DNA of 64,000 nt, taken from assembly GCA_951406725.2 (NCBI GenBank), contig OX597831.1, positions 65,286,001 through 65,350,000 of the forward strand, written 5' to 3'. Positions 1-12,248 of this stretch are shown in pieces. This stretch comes from Octopus vulgaris (lineage: Eukaryota). Numbering within the stretch: the stretch's first letter is position 1; every line of letters starts with the position of its first letter. The notes beneath the pieces were generated by a model that worked only from the letters and a program-made list of their open reading frames with translations, did not search any database and was not told where the DNA came from. Both the position numbers and the translations under genes were made by a program.

Positions 1-558
1 CTTTCAGTCTACAGCTCCTTCTCTTCAGAGCTCGAGTGCTGGTGTCACATAATAGTGCCCATGCTGGGGCTGGGAGTGGGGGCATGTAAAAAGTGGTTAG
101 TATTAGGGAGGTCAACCAGCTGTAGAAACCCTACCAAAATAGAACTTGGGCAGCTCCTCAGCTGGCCAGTTCCTGTCAAATCATCCCATCCATGCCAGCA
201 TGGAAAACAGACATTGAATAATGATGATAATAATGTATGTATATGTCTTTATATGTATACATATATATATATATGTACATATATATAGCTGAAATTTACA
301 GAAAAGCACAAGAAAAAGACAGGTGTATGAACAACAAGGGCGTGTATTAGTTTGACTTGTTGGAAAGTGAGAAAGTGGATTTAGTGATCATGCTTGGCGG
401 CTATGCCAGTATATATATATATATATATATGCCAATATATATGTGTATATATATATAAAATCATTAAAATGAATGAATTTTATCAGTGGCCAGTAAATAA
501 AAAAAACAACCTTTTAGGTAAAATACATATCTAAAGATATATAATTGTATAAGGTAAA

Positions 559-593
<35 letters not shown>

Positions 594-610
594 ATATATA
601 TATATATATA

Positions 611-1800
611 CAAGGTCTGATCAATAAGTATCTGGACTGTTGCCATAGTAATGAAGCTAAATCATGCAGAGTAAAGCCACTAGGTAAAGATTGACCTCAA
701 ACACTGCTGTATATACTCTTTACTCTTGTTTCAGTCATTTGACTGCGGCCATGCTGCAGCACTGCCTTTAGTCGAGCAATTCGACTCCAAGACTTATTCT
801 TTGTAAGCCTAGTACTTATGCTATCGGTCTCTTTTGCTGAACCGCTAAGTTACGGGGACATAAACACACCAGCATCGGTTGTCAAGCAATGCTAGGGGGA
901 CAAACACAACCATACATGCACATATATATATACAACGGGCTTCTTTCAGTTTCCGTCTACCAAATCCACTCACAAGGCTTTGGTCGGCCCAAGGCTATAG
1001 TAGAAGACACTTGCCCAAGCTGCAACGCAGTGGGACTGAACCCGGAACCATGTGGTTGGTAAACAAGCTACTTACCACACAGCCACTCCTGTGCCTGTGC
1101 ACTAAGTTTTAACATTCTAGCTCACTTCCACTGTTTACAGCAGTGCTTGGAAGGAAGGTGTGTTGCATGTAATCGTCACATGACAGAAAGTTGTCAGCTT
1201 GATACCTGCTCAGAGGCCTAGCAAAGTTGCACAAAGTGTATGGAGAGGAATGTATGAGCCACACACAAGTGTACAAGTGGTTCAGACGTTTCCAAGATGG
1301 CTGAAAAAATGTCAATATTGACGAACGTTCTGGGAGAAAAACATTGCAGATATGCATACAGCTGTGAGGGGAAATTATTAAATCACCATCCATGAATTAT
1401 CAGAGGATATGCAGATTTGTTACGGTTCAGTTCAGTCCATTATCACTGAAGATTTCAGTGCCACAACCACTTTCAGCTTGGATTTCAGTTGCATAAGATC
1501 TTGATTGTGTTGGGAATGAAGAAAACTTTTTGAAGTTCTCTGAGCTGGTATAACCAAGTTTTTCATAAAATTTCATGTAGATTCTCTGCTCAGCTTTCAC
1601 TGTCATGGTCATTGTGATGATCACACGCTACACACCTTCCTTCCAAGCACTGCCGTAAACAGCAGAAGTGAGCTAGAATGTTAAAACCTAGTGCGCATAC
1701 ACAGCAGATTTCAAGGTCAATCTGTGCCAAGCAGCTTCACTCTGTGTGCTTTTCACTGCATTACTATGGCAACAGTCCGGATACTTATTGATCAGACCAG
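611..1800. mobile_element. Mariner-derived foldback element with a SINE nested at ~714-1099
   Basis: TIRs CAAGGTCTGATCAATAAGTATC... / ...GATACTTATTGATCAGACCAG, flanked by TA. Inner inverted repeat ~1100-1170 vs ~1625-1697. Transposase N-terminal relics on both strands (VYGEECMSHTQVYKWFRRF; EQRIYMKFYEKLG). Confidence 0.8.
714..1099 (-). mobile_element. tRNA-derived SINE family A
   Basis: Head GGAGTGGCTGTGTGGTAAG...GGTTCAGTCCC (Pol III A/B boxes), internal (TA)/(CA) microsatellite, tail GAAACAAGAGTAAAGAG. Confidence 0.85.
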
Positions 1801-1927
1801 TATAAATAGATCTACATATATATATAAATATAGTATTTAATCATATCAAAGGGAAATGGAAATTAATTAAAATTTACATTTCTAGTGGTCTAACATGTAA
1901 AAAAAATTAGTCAAAAAGACTATATAT

Positions 1928-2019
1928 TAGTCATACGATATAGTGTATATTTAAACACATAAGGAATCCCTATAAGTGGATTTCTTATGTGTTTAAATAT
2001 ACACTATATCGTATGACTA
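1928..2019. repeat. Short foldback with ~42-bp arms
   Basis: TAGTCATACGATATAGTGTATATTTAAACACATAAG... and its reverse complement, set in TA microsatellite. Confidence 0.8.
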
Positions 2020-2212
2020 TATATAAATATATATATATATATACATATACACATATACATATAAGAGGGATGACCACTAAGTGGACATCCATTATTCTAG
2101 AGGTAGACCCCATATTGTCTGACCACTAAGAAAATATTATTCTTAAGAAAATTCAGCAAACGCCAGAATGTAAGCAAGCAAGACAAATGAAAAGATACAA
2201 AATATAAAGATT

Positions 2213-2285
2213 AATCACAAACCCGGTTTCATTGTTACCACTTACATAATACTTACGTAAATGTCCACAATTCATCAGTGTAATT
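2213..2285 (-). ncRNA. Minimal type I hammerhead ribozyme motif
   Basis: Minus strand reads ATTACA-CTGATGA-ATTGT...ACAAT-GAAAC-CGG-GTT-TGTGAT. Confidence 0.7.
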
Positions 2286-2811
2286 GTCATAGCAAAATAT
2301 AGTTTGCAGAACTATACACGAGATGTCCGCATGAGATTGGACATGCATAGAGTTCTACCAATTACATTTGGGGTTATATTTCAAAAGTCTTCATTTTGGC
2401 ATGCCAAAATACCGGAAATAATTCTGCAGTGAATTTTGCCAGTTAGAGAACATGGTTATTTAAAAATAAATAATAAGGGTGAAAAGTTGTAATTGTTCTT
2501 TATTTACATTTGTCCTCATCTTGTTTGGTGTTAGCAACAAACAAGATCAGGACAAATATCTGTCAAATGTAAATAATGTATATACATATAAAATATTTAT
2601 AATTATATATATATATATATATATAATATACATATATTATATATACATACACACACACATATATGTACTTAAGTGTCCCCACATACTGCCCTATGCATCT
2701 AATGGAGGAAACTACAAATACATGGAGCCCAATAAGTTACTAAAATGTAAGCTAAAGACTTAACAAACTTTTTTTCCTTTTTCTTTTTCTTTTCTTTTCA
2801 TTACCCTTTAA

Positions 2812-2884
2812 AATCATTCTGAAGATGTTTGTTAAATGTAACAAGGTTCTCTGATTTGATAAACAGAAACAGCTGTAAATGGTT
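2812..2884 (+). ncRNA. Minimal type I hammerhead ribozyme motif (Penelope-type)
   Basis: AATCATT-CTGAAGA-stem II (TGTTTGTTAA/TTGATAAACA)-GAAAC-AGCT-GTA-AATGGTT. Stem I pairs over 7 nt, and the stem III/loop ACAGCTGT is palindromic. Confidence 0.8.
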
Positions 2885-3074
2885 CCAAACTACAATTAAA
2901 TAATGACTTTTTAATACCAATGATCAACTTCTCATTGTTCATTATTGTTCCATTTCTTTTCTTTTTCCATATATATTGAACCACAGTTTTACCTTTAAAT
3001 TACCTACTACTGTATACCTTATAGCTAGGACATACATAGTGAGGTAATACACCAGGAGTGCCTACGGATACATC

Positions 3075-3448
3075 AATCCCTTAGATGCCAGTGGCATGTA
3101 AAAAGCACCATCCGAACGTGGCCGATGCCAGCGCTGCCTTGACGGGCTTCCGTGCCTGTGGCACATAAAAAGCACCATCCGAACGTGGCCGATGCCAGCA
3201 CCGCCTTGACTGGCTTCCATGCCGGTGGCACATAAAAAGCACCAATTCGATCATGGCCATTGCCAGCCTTGCCTGGCACGTAAAAAGCACCCACTACACT
3301 CACAGAGTGGTTGGCGTTAAGAAGAGCATCCAGCTGTAGAAACACTGCCAGATCAGACTGGAGCCTGGTGCAGCCTTGTGGCTTCCCAGATCCCGGTCGA
3401 ACCATCCAACCCATGCCAGCATGGAGAACAGACGTTAAACGATGATGA
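3075..3448 (+). mobile_element. 5'-truncated RTE LINE 3' UTR with module array
   Basis: Repeated GTGCCGGTGGCAC(G/A)TAAAAAGCACC units, then a GTTGGCGTTAAGAAGAGCATCCAG motif and a (GAT)n tail. Confidence 0.8.
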
Positions 3449-3730
3449 CATACATATATATATATATATGTGGTGGTTGTGTACTCCTCATGCAGAGTGT
3501 GACCACCTCCTGTACCTACACCTTAGAACCATCATGGCATCTGATGCATACATATATATACATACATACATACATACATATATATATACATACATACATA
3601 TATATATAAATGTATGTGTATGTATGTATGTATGTATATATATATGTATGTATATATATGCATGCATATATGTATGTATATATAATTATCCATGTATGTA
3701 TATATGTCTATGTATTTATATGTATGTATA

Positions 3731-3773
<43 letters not shown>

Positions 3774-3963
3774 GGTGAGGTTTGAAATCCTTCAAAGGGA
3801 TGTTAAACATCCAAGTGTCTGCCGATACAGTCCAAGTAAAGAATATACATGAAAATATATATTCAGTATTTGCAAAAACAGCAAGTATAAGGAAAGGAGA
3901 AATTGTAAGCGTAGATGAACTTTAATTCAGTCCATAATCCAAATTGGTACCGAACCAATATAC

Positions 3964-4053
3964 ATTCTACAAATTGTTTCGGAGTCTAATTAATTCCAAG
4001 AACAAAAACGAAAAACACTTCATGAAATAAAAATTAGATTCCTCATCAGGAAT
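3964..4053 (-). ncRNA. Type I hammerhead motif in the left arm of an inverted repeat
   Basis: Minus strand reads ATTC-CTGATGA-GGAATCTAATT...AATTAGACTCC-GAAAC-AATTT-GTA-GAAT. Confidence 0.72.
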
Positions 4054-4157
4054 TCTATACTGGTATGAATGATTATGACCAACGAAAATCTTTCATAGCT
4101 GAGACACAAAAGGTCTTTGTATATTTTGTTGGTCATAACTATTCATACCAGTATGTA

Positions 4158-4251
4158 ATTCCTGATGGATGAGGAATCTAATTTCTATTTCATGAAGTAT
4201 TTTTCGTTTTTGTTCTTGGAATTAATTAGACTCCGAAACAATTTGTTGAAT
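4158..4251 (+). ncRNA. Degenerate hammerhead motif in the right arm
   Basis: Mirror copy of the left-arm motif. The core reads CTGATGGATGA (4-nt duplication) and the cleavage triplet is GTT. Confidence 0.55.
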
Positions 4252-4582
4252 GTATATTGGTTCGGTACCAACTTGGATTATGAACTGAATTAAAGTTCGT
4301 CTACACTTACAATTTCTCCTTTCCTTATACTTGCAGAAAGGCTGCTGCTGATCATGTTGAGCAACGAGAGTGTCAAGGAGGAAGAGTGAGGGAGAGAAAG
4401 GGAATGGTGAAGGGGGAGGAGAAGAAAATTAGAAAGAAAGAAGAATAATAGGGGGAGAATAGAGATAGTTGTGGAGTGCGTATCAGAATTATTGAGATAA
4501 AACTTACTTGGAAATGGATGCGTGGTGTTTGATCATATAATAATATAAATAATATATATGTATATATATATATAGATATAGA

Positions 4583-4669
<87 letters not shown>

Positions 4670-4736
4670 CCAAAAAATAAGCAACAAGAATGGATCCGGT
4701 AATTTAGTACAATTGTTTCATACTATAATTTATTTA

Positions 4737-5087
4737 TGGAAGCACTCCGTCAGTTACGACGATGAGGGTTCCGGTTGATCCGAATCAACGGAACAGCCTG
4801 CTCGTGAAATTAACGTGTAAGTGGCTGAGCACTCTACAGACACGCGCACCCCTAACGTAGTTCTTGGGGATATTCAGCGTGACACAGAGAGTGACAAGGC
4901 CGGCCCTTTGAAATACAGGTACAACAGAAACAGGAAGTAAGAGCGAGAAAAAGTTGTGGTGAAGGAGTACAGCAGGGATCACCACCATCCCCTGCTGGAG
5001 CCTCGCAACGCCCGGTCTGGGAATCGAAACCGCGATCCTATGACTGCGAGTCCGCTGCCCTAACCACTGGGCCATTGTGCCTCCACA
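4737..5087 (-). mobile_element. tRNA-derived SINE (separate family)
   Basis: Minus-strand head TGTGGAGGCACAATGGCCCAGTGGTTAGGGCAGCGGACTCGC...GGTTTCGATTCCC with A and B boxes. Confidence 0.8.
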
Positions 5088-5647
5088 TAACAACAGTACA
5101 ATAACACATAACAATAGATATTTATCCATATAATAAGATGCATTTTTATAACAGAGTAGTCAACTGAATGTCCTTCGAGCCAATGAAGAACTCTCTCTGT
5201 GGTTGCTCAACCTGCTAGAAATAGCAGCTAAATTTCAGTCCTATCATAATAATGTGGATTTAGATACACTATGGCTAGAATGCCTTTAAGCATAGATATG
5301 TTAGATCGGGGCTAAATTAAACAATAACAAATGTTTTTACAAACTACCATTCTCCGGATGAAACAAGCTAGAGAATTATTATGGAATGGTGGCATAAATA
5401 AGTAAAAGCAGATGACAGGAAATGCTTGAAAGGCTTTGTTGAAACTAAACTAGGTTCCCCTCCCAAGGGAAGAGAGAACAAGATGTTGGTTAATACTTTG
5501 TGCTGAGAGAATGAATGGCATGAAGCATTTCTAATATCAAGACAGTGTTATATTTGTGTGAAGAAGAATATCATTAAAGGCAAATCTGCTCAGTTCAGGC
5601 ACACTTACCCTCAATGATAATCAAAGGAAATAGGCATTGAAATGTCA

Positions 5648-5867
5648 TTACTCTTTACTCTCTCTTTTACTTGTTTCAGTCATTTGACTGCGGCCATGCT
5701 GGAGCACCGCCTTTAATCGAGCAGCTCGACCCCGGGACTTATTCTTTTGTAAGCCCAGTATTTATTCTATCAGTCTCTTTTGCCGAACTGCTAAGTGACG
5801 GGGACATAAACACACCAGCATCGGTTGTCAAGCAATGCTAGGGGAACAAACACAGACACACACACGC

Positions 5868-5900
<33 letters not shown>

Positions 5901-6062
5901 TACAACGGGCTTCTTACAGTTTCTGTCTACCAAATCCACTCACAAGGCATTGGTCGGCCCGAGGCTATAGTAGAAGACACTTACCCAAGGTGCCACGCAG
6001 TGGGACTGAACCCGGAACCATGTGGTTGGTAGACAAGCTACTTACCACACAGCCACTCCTGT
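5648..6062 (-). mobile_element. SINE family A
   Basis: Near-identical to 714-1099. Confidence 0.85.
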
Positions 6063-6235
6063 GGCAGTTAAAGGCAGTTACTGAATGAATGGTATTAAAT
6101 AACAGGAATTTCTTGGAACCAGCTGAGAGGCCAGCAGCAATAGAAGTCAGTAAAGCAATTTAATATAAAACATAGAAAGTTATAGGTTCCTCAGAATTAG
6201 CTTCAGAGAAACTGAAAATACCAGTATTTTTTTTC

Positions 6236-6911
6236 TTAACCTGAATGTTGAGGGAACCTGTGGAAGAGGTAGACCCAGGAAAACCTGGGACGAGGTGGTG
6301 AAGCACGACCTTCGAACTTTAGGTCTCACCGAGGAAATGACCAGAGACCAAGACCTTTGGAAGTATGCTGTGCGTGGGAAGACCCGGCAGGACAAGTGAG
6401 ACCATAACCTGGGATGTAGCCAGTCCACTTATGCATACCTTTCCTTCTTGTGACACAAACTCTACTTGTGAAGACCAGTTGAGGCAAGTGAAATTGAAGT
6501 CGATCAACATCATTGGAAATTGTAGCTGTGATACCAGTGCCGGTGGCACGTAAGAGAACCATCCGAACGTGGCTGTTGCCAGCGCCGCCCCGACTGGCCT
6601 CCGTGCTGGTGGCACATAAAGAGCACCATCCGATTGTGGCTGTTACCAGCCTCGTCTGGCCCCTGTGCCGGTAGCACGTAAAAAGCATCATCCGATCGTG
6701 GCCGTTTGCCAGCCTCATCTGGCGTCTGTGCAGGTGGCATGTAAAAAGCACCCACTACACTCACGGAGTGGTTGGCGTTAGGAAGGGCATCCAACTGTAG
6801 AAACATTGCCAGATCAGACTGGACCTGGCGCAGCCTTATGGCTTCCCAGACCCCAGTTGAACCGTCCAACCCATGCTAGCATGGAAAACGGACATTAAAC
6901 GATGATGATGA
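6236..6911 (+). mobile_element. RTE LINE 3' fragment (ORF end, 4-module UTR, GAT tail)
   Basis: VEGTCGRGRPRKTWDEVVKHDLRTLGLTEEMTRDQDLW is an RTE C-terminus. Confidence 0.85.
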
Positions 6912-7475
6912 ATGTACAGAGCATCAAGTAAGACAGATGAATGGCAAAAGAAAACTTTGAAATGCTTTATGTTAATGAATTAAATTCATGTTAGTGCTTA
7001 TGGTTTAAGTTACATACCAGGATTTGGAAAAAAACTAAAGCTCTAAACCAGACAAGAAATTCTTAACCAAGGCCATACAGGTTTATTTTGAATTTGCCAA
7101 TGTAAATAAAGTATTTAACTGGGTCCCGTACTCTTGGAATCTAACACAAATCAGGTAAAATATAGATTAATGATGAGACAGTGACAAAAAATAGCTTTGA
7201 AAAATGGTATTTATAAATGTAGGACTTGCAAAATTATCTTTTTTGACCAGTGAAACGATGATGAAAAGATGAATAATGTTTTAAAAGCCATAAGCATTGT
7301 GTTGTCTGAGAGAAGACTAAAATGATATAAATGAACTATTGAGTGAAGAGCAGATATTTTGAAATGGAAACTATTTAAACAAGATATCATTACATCACAA
7401 GATCACAACCTGTTAAGTGAAATGTAGGAAAACATGAATAAAAGAGAAAATTTACAAATACAAAACAAATTACAT

Positions 7476-8185
7476 TCACTCTTTTACTTGTTTCAGTCAT
7501 TAGACTGTGGCCATTCTGGAGCACTGCCTTTAGTCGAGCAAATCGACCCCAGGACTTATTCTTTGGAATTCTAGTACTTATTCTATTGGTCTCTTTTGCC
7601 GAACCGTGAAGTTACGGGGATGTAAACACACCACCATCAGTTGTCAAGCGATGTTGGAGGGACAAACACAGACACACATATCAGGTCATCCCATAAGTTC
7701 TGTTCGAATTTTTAATAAAGAAAACAAGTGATCAAATTTTATATTTAATTGAAATTTAATCATCAATGTACTTTCCCTGATTATCTATCACTTCCTTCCA
7801 TCTACTTACAAGCATTTTAATCCCATCAATGTAAAACTCTTTTGGTTTCAAAGCAAAGAACTCTGAAATGCCAGTTTAAATAGTTTAAATGTAGACAAAT
7901 GCATAAAAATAATTTTAAATTCCATTAGACATTCTAAAATACTATTAAATTTCATTCAATTTTAAAAAAGGTAAAATCGGACAGAACTTATGGGATGACC
8001 TGATATATAAATACATATACACGACAGGCTTCATTCAGTTTCCGTCTACCAAATCCACTCGCAAGGCATTGGTTGGCCCAAGGCTATAGTAGAAGACACT
8101 TGCCCAAGGTGCCATGCAGTGGGAATGAACCCGGAACCATGTGGTTGGTAAGCAAGCTACTTACCACACAGCCACTCCTGCGCCT
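7476..8185 (-). mobile_element. SINE family A interrupted by a mariner MITE
   Basis: Both SINE halves flank 7681-8003. Confidence 0.85.
7681..8003 (-). mobile_element. Internally deleted mariner (MITE)
   Basis: TIR TCAGGTCATCCCATAAGTTCTGT with TA TSD. Retains the transposase C-terminus EFFALKPKEFYIDGIKMLVSRWKEVIDNQGKYIDD*. Confidence 0.88.
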
Positions 8186-8837
8186 GTGTTGTTTATAAAT
8201 GTTCCTTTTCCTACCATTTATAAATTAACATTCTCTATCTTTAAATTTTAAGTTCTGCTTGTTTGACAAAACAAGCAGAATTAAGTAAACTTTTAATGAA
8301 AAAATACTTTTGTTGTTGAGTCTTCAGAGTATGTATAAAGGAAGTACTGTTTCATAAGAATATTCTTATGACATTAATTTAATGTTCTGAAATGTTTCCA
8401 ATGAAAGTACACCTAAATTAACAATATGAATACAATTATTGACTAGAGAGACTGTAGCTATTTAAAGACAAAAAATACCCCACTAATGTATCCCTATAGC
8501 TTTACGAGGATGAAAAATATATGAATTCCAGGTTGTTTAACTTCATATTAACCAGACTGAATGGATCTACGAAGAAAAGCAGTTCAGTCGTGACCATCTT
8601 ACCTTTTTCCAACGTCTTTTTCTAAGATGTTGGGATGTGATTTGAGGGAAATTTGACAGCATTTTCTTGTAGGTTAAGTAATCATATACGAAATCTGTAG
8701 TTGGTTTCAACCTCAACATATCTTTATGTACATATGATATAAATACAATGCACTAAGAGGTCAGCTGTTTTATACACAGTGTTATATGAGGGTTATATTA
8801 AAAGGATATAAAATTTATGCATATGTGTGTGTGCATG

Positions 8838-9240
8838 TCATCATCATCATCGTTTAACGTCCGTTCTCCATGCTAGCATGGGTTGGACGGTTCGACCGGG
8901 GTCTGGGAGGCCAGAAGACTGCACCAGGCTCCAGTCTGATCTGGCAGTGTTTCTACAGCTGGATGCCCTTCCTAATGCCAACCACTCCATGAGTGTAGTG
9001 GGTGCTTTTTACATGCCACCGGCACAGGTGCCAGGCGAGTCTGGCAATGGCCACGATCGGATTGGTGCTTTTTACGTGCCACCGGCGCAGGGATAACAAC
9101 TACAATTTCCATTGATTTTTGATGTTGATGTACTTGACTCAATAGGTCCCCTCAAGCACAGGGTCGAAATGGTGTTTCTTTACTTGCTACCTGCACAGGA
9201 GTCAGTCCAGCGGAACTGGCAACGGCTGGGAGCCAGCATA
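8838..9240 (-). mobile_element. RTE 3' UTR fragment
   Basis: (CAT)n tail and modules on the minus strand. Confidence 0.8.
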
Positions 9241-9248
9241 TGTATATA

Positions 9249-10584
9249 CAGACATACCTCACCTTACACTGTTAATTGGTTCCAGTAGACACGACTTAAG
9301 TTGAATTAACAAGTCTCTAGGCTAAACCGATAATAACTATTCTCAGTCCTGTTCTTTATATACGAATGCATTTTCAATAATACATGACTAATAAAAACCT
9401 ATTTTAAGCTTACATTTTTATTTTTTAATACAGTACAGTAAAAAAAAAAGTAATCTAAATTTATGAATACAATTTGACAGTGTTTACCGTACATTGCAGG
9501 ACACTTTATTTATGAATGCAGTTTGCAATAAGACACGTTTTTTTGAGACCTTGTAGCCTGGAATAGTTTTCTCCTCCTTGGAAATTAATGAATGGTCTGG
9601 CAATTTTTTCCAATACAACCCAGTTTCTTCTACATTAAAAATCTGTTCAGGAAGAAACCCGTTTTCTTTGATGATTATTTTTAATGCATTAAGAAATTCT
9701 GCTGCTGCTTGTTCGTCAGCTGATGCACTTTCACCTTGCTTCTTAATGGAGTGATAATTTCTTCACTCCTTAAATCTCATGAACCATCCTTGACTTGCCT
9801 CGAACTCTACATCTTTCTCATCTGGATATTTTTTCTTCAGGTCCTCAAAGACACTTTCTCTTGAATGATTTCTTAATAGTAGCATGCTGACAATTCAACC
9901 TAACAATCCAAAGAGAAAGAAGACTTGATTTCTTCAAAGATTTTGCCTCTTATTGACAACAGCGTTCAGATTTGATACGTGCTAAAATCCTGTCCTTATG
10001 TACAATCATTGATACAGTTGTCTGACTCATCCCAACTGCTCCCACTTTTTCATGGCATTTTATCATAGCCAGTTTATCTTTCAGCGTTATAGCATGACAC
10101 TTGGCACTTTCGCTATGAATTTTCTTAGGAACCATGGGGGCAAAAAATAAAGTCACAAATGAATGAGAAAGAAGCTGATAAACAGACATGAACAAATCTG
10201 AATTCCAAACAATCACAGGAATCCCGAGTGACAACGACATTTAATGGTAGATATTGGAACTACAGTGTAATACAAGCTCTGAAAGACTGACAAGACAACA
10301 GCTGATTTCATGATTTCGTTCACTAAACTACACTACTTTATGGTGTGTATCTTAACATTTACTGTACATATTTTAATATGATTTTATATGCTTTTATTCT
10401 TATTTATTGTACAGTAACATGATTTTATGTGCTTTTAATGGTTTTCAAATGATTTTATGATTCCAATATTTGTGGTGGACAGATGTAAAGTTGAGTAAAA
10501 TGACTTAACTTGATTTTTACTTTCCCATATATCACTTTTGAAAACCAACATATAGTTGAGAACGACTTAAGCCAAAGTATGCAT
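9249..10584 (-). mobile_element. Degenerate pogo/Tigger transposon
   Basis: MVPKK...AITLKDKLAMIKCHE (HTH-psq), ASQGWFMRFK, and GESASAD...EQIFNVEETGLYWKKLP, with frameshifts. Confidence 0.8.
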
Positions 10585-10602
10585 GTATGAATATATATAT
10601 AT

Positions 10603-10792
10603 TACTCTTTTTACTTGTTTCAGTCATTTGACTGTGGCCATGCTGGAGCACCACCTTTAGTCGAACAAATCGACCCCAAGACTTATTCTTTGTAAGCCTA
10701 GTACTTATTCTATCAGCCTCTTTTGCCGAACCGCTAAGTTACGGGGACGTAAACACATCAGCATCGATTGTCAAGCGATGTTGGGGGGACAA

Positions 10793-10823
<31 letters not shown>

Positions 10824-10972
10824 CACGATGGGCTTCTTTCAGTTTCTGTCTACCAAATCCACTCACAAGGCTATAGTAGAAGACACTTGCCCAAAGTTCC
10901 ACGCAGTGGGACTGAACCAGAACCATGTGATTGTTAAGTAAGCTACTTACCACACAGCCACTCCTGCACCTA
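10603..10972 (-). mobile_element. SINE family A
   Basis: Same consensus as the other family A copies. Confidence 0.85.
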
Positions 10973-11429
10973 TATAATTACCATTTAATATTTATATTTC
11001 CATGCTGGTAAGAACTGGTTGGGTTTCACATCTTGTTCCTTCATCATCTAGCATAGACAGCAGAGATTGTCACTAATCTTTGTTATCATGCTTTCTTAAT
11101 ATCTCGATGCCCTTTCTATCATCAACCATCTTATAATATAGATTGAATGTGCGAGCCCTCTAACTGAAAAATTGTGGATTTGTATAAAGGACACACATGC
11201 AGACATTTTGCCATTTATATATATAGAGATTATTTCTATGGTTGGATACCCTTCTTACCACTCCACTGTGAAGAGAAAAACCTTGAAGTCAGGTAAGAAA
11301 ACTGGGATTTACTAAGAGGTACAAAACAGTGGCTGTAGTAGAAAGGTTTGAATTGATGACCATCTGGGTAATAGTCAAGCATTCTAACCTTACAGCTTGC
11401 CTCTACCCTTTACAAAGTCAGTGTCTGAT

Positions 11430-12023
11430 TATCGTCGTTTAACGTCCGTTTTCTATGCTAGCATGGGTTGGATGGTTTGACTGGGGTCTGGGAAACCAGG
11501 AGGCTGCACCAGGCTCCAGTCTGATCTGGCAGTGTTTCTACAGCTGGGTGCCCTTCCTAACGCCAACCACTCCATGAGTGTAGTGGGTGCTTTTTACATG
11601 CCACGATCAGTTGGTGCTTTTTACACGCCACTGGCACGGAGGCCAGTCAAGGCGGCGCTGGCAACGGCCAAACACTGGCAACAGCAAGAAGAAATATTTA
11701 AAATAGAGTAAAAAGACATGGGACGAGGTGGTGAAATATGATCTTTGGATGTCGAGTCTCACAGAGGTGATGACAAGTGATGAAGACCTTTGGAGATTTG
11801 CTGTGCTTGAGAAGACATATTAAGCCAAGTGAAATTGTAGTCATGGCCAGTGCCAGTGATGCGTAAAAGGCACTCACTACACTCTGTGGAGTGGTTTGCG
11901 TTAGGAAGGGCATCCAGCTGTAGAAACCAGGTCAAAACAGATTGGAGCCTGGTACAGCTGACCAGCACCAGTCAAACTGTCCAGCCTAGGCCAGCATGGA
12001 AAATGGATGCAAAATGATGATGA
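11430..12023. mobile_element. Two RTE 3' fragments in opposite orientations (minus 11430-11680, plus ~11715-12023)
   Basis: Same family as 6236-6911. Confidence 0.75.
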
Positions 12024-12248
12024 TAAGGAGTAGGAGGAGGTAGTTAAGTGATTAAAATTCTGAATTATTAATCAAAAATAAAAGTAAGCAGAGTAAAGTA
12101 TTTACTTTAATCAGCAACCTAGCTAAAAGTAAATGCTATTTCATTTATCATTGCAGAATCATTAATAATTTGATGTAAAAGATTCTTCCAGCAATTCAAA
12201 TAAATATCTTTTTTTGCAGAACAAATTGAAACTTTTCAAACAAACTTC

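Larger units (their letters stand above)
3881..4334. repeat. Inverted repeat with ~205-bp arms; probably inverted Penelope pseudo-LTRs
   Basis: 3881-~4089 is the near-reverse complement of ~4123-4334, and both arms carry hammerhead cores. Confidence 0.8.

Noticed and set aside
3378-3852. YIYI/MYVC/HTHT-type ORFs here and at 19.3, 21.2-21.7, 29.7-30.5 and 35 kb
   Set aside because: These are translations of microsatellites.
5020-5087. Possible tRNA gene
   Set aside because: It has A and B boxes but continues into a SINE body without a proper acceptor stem.
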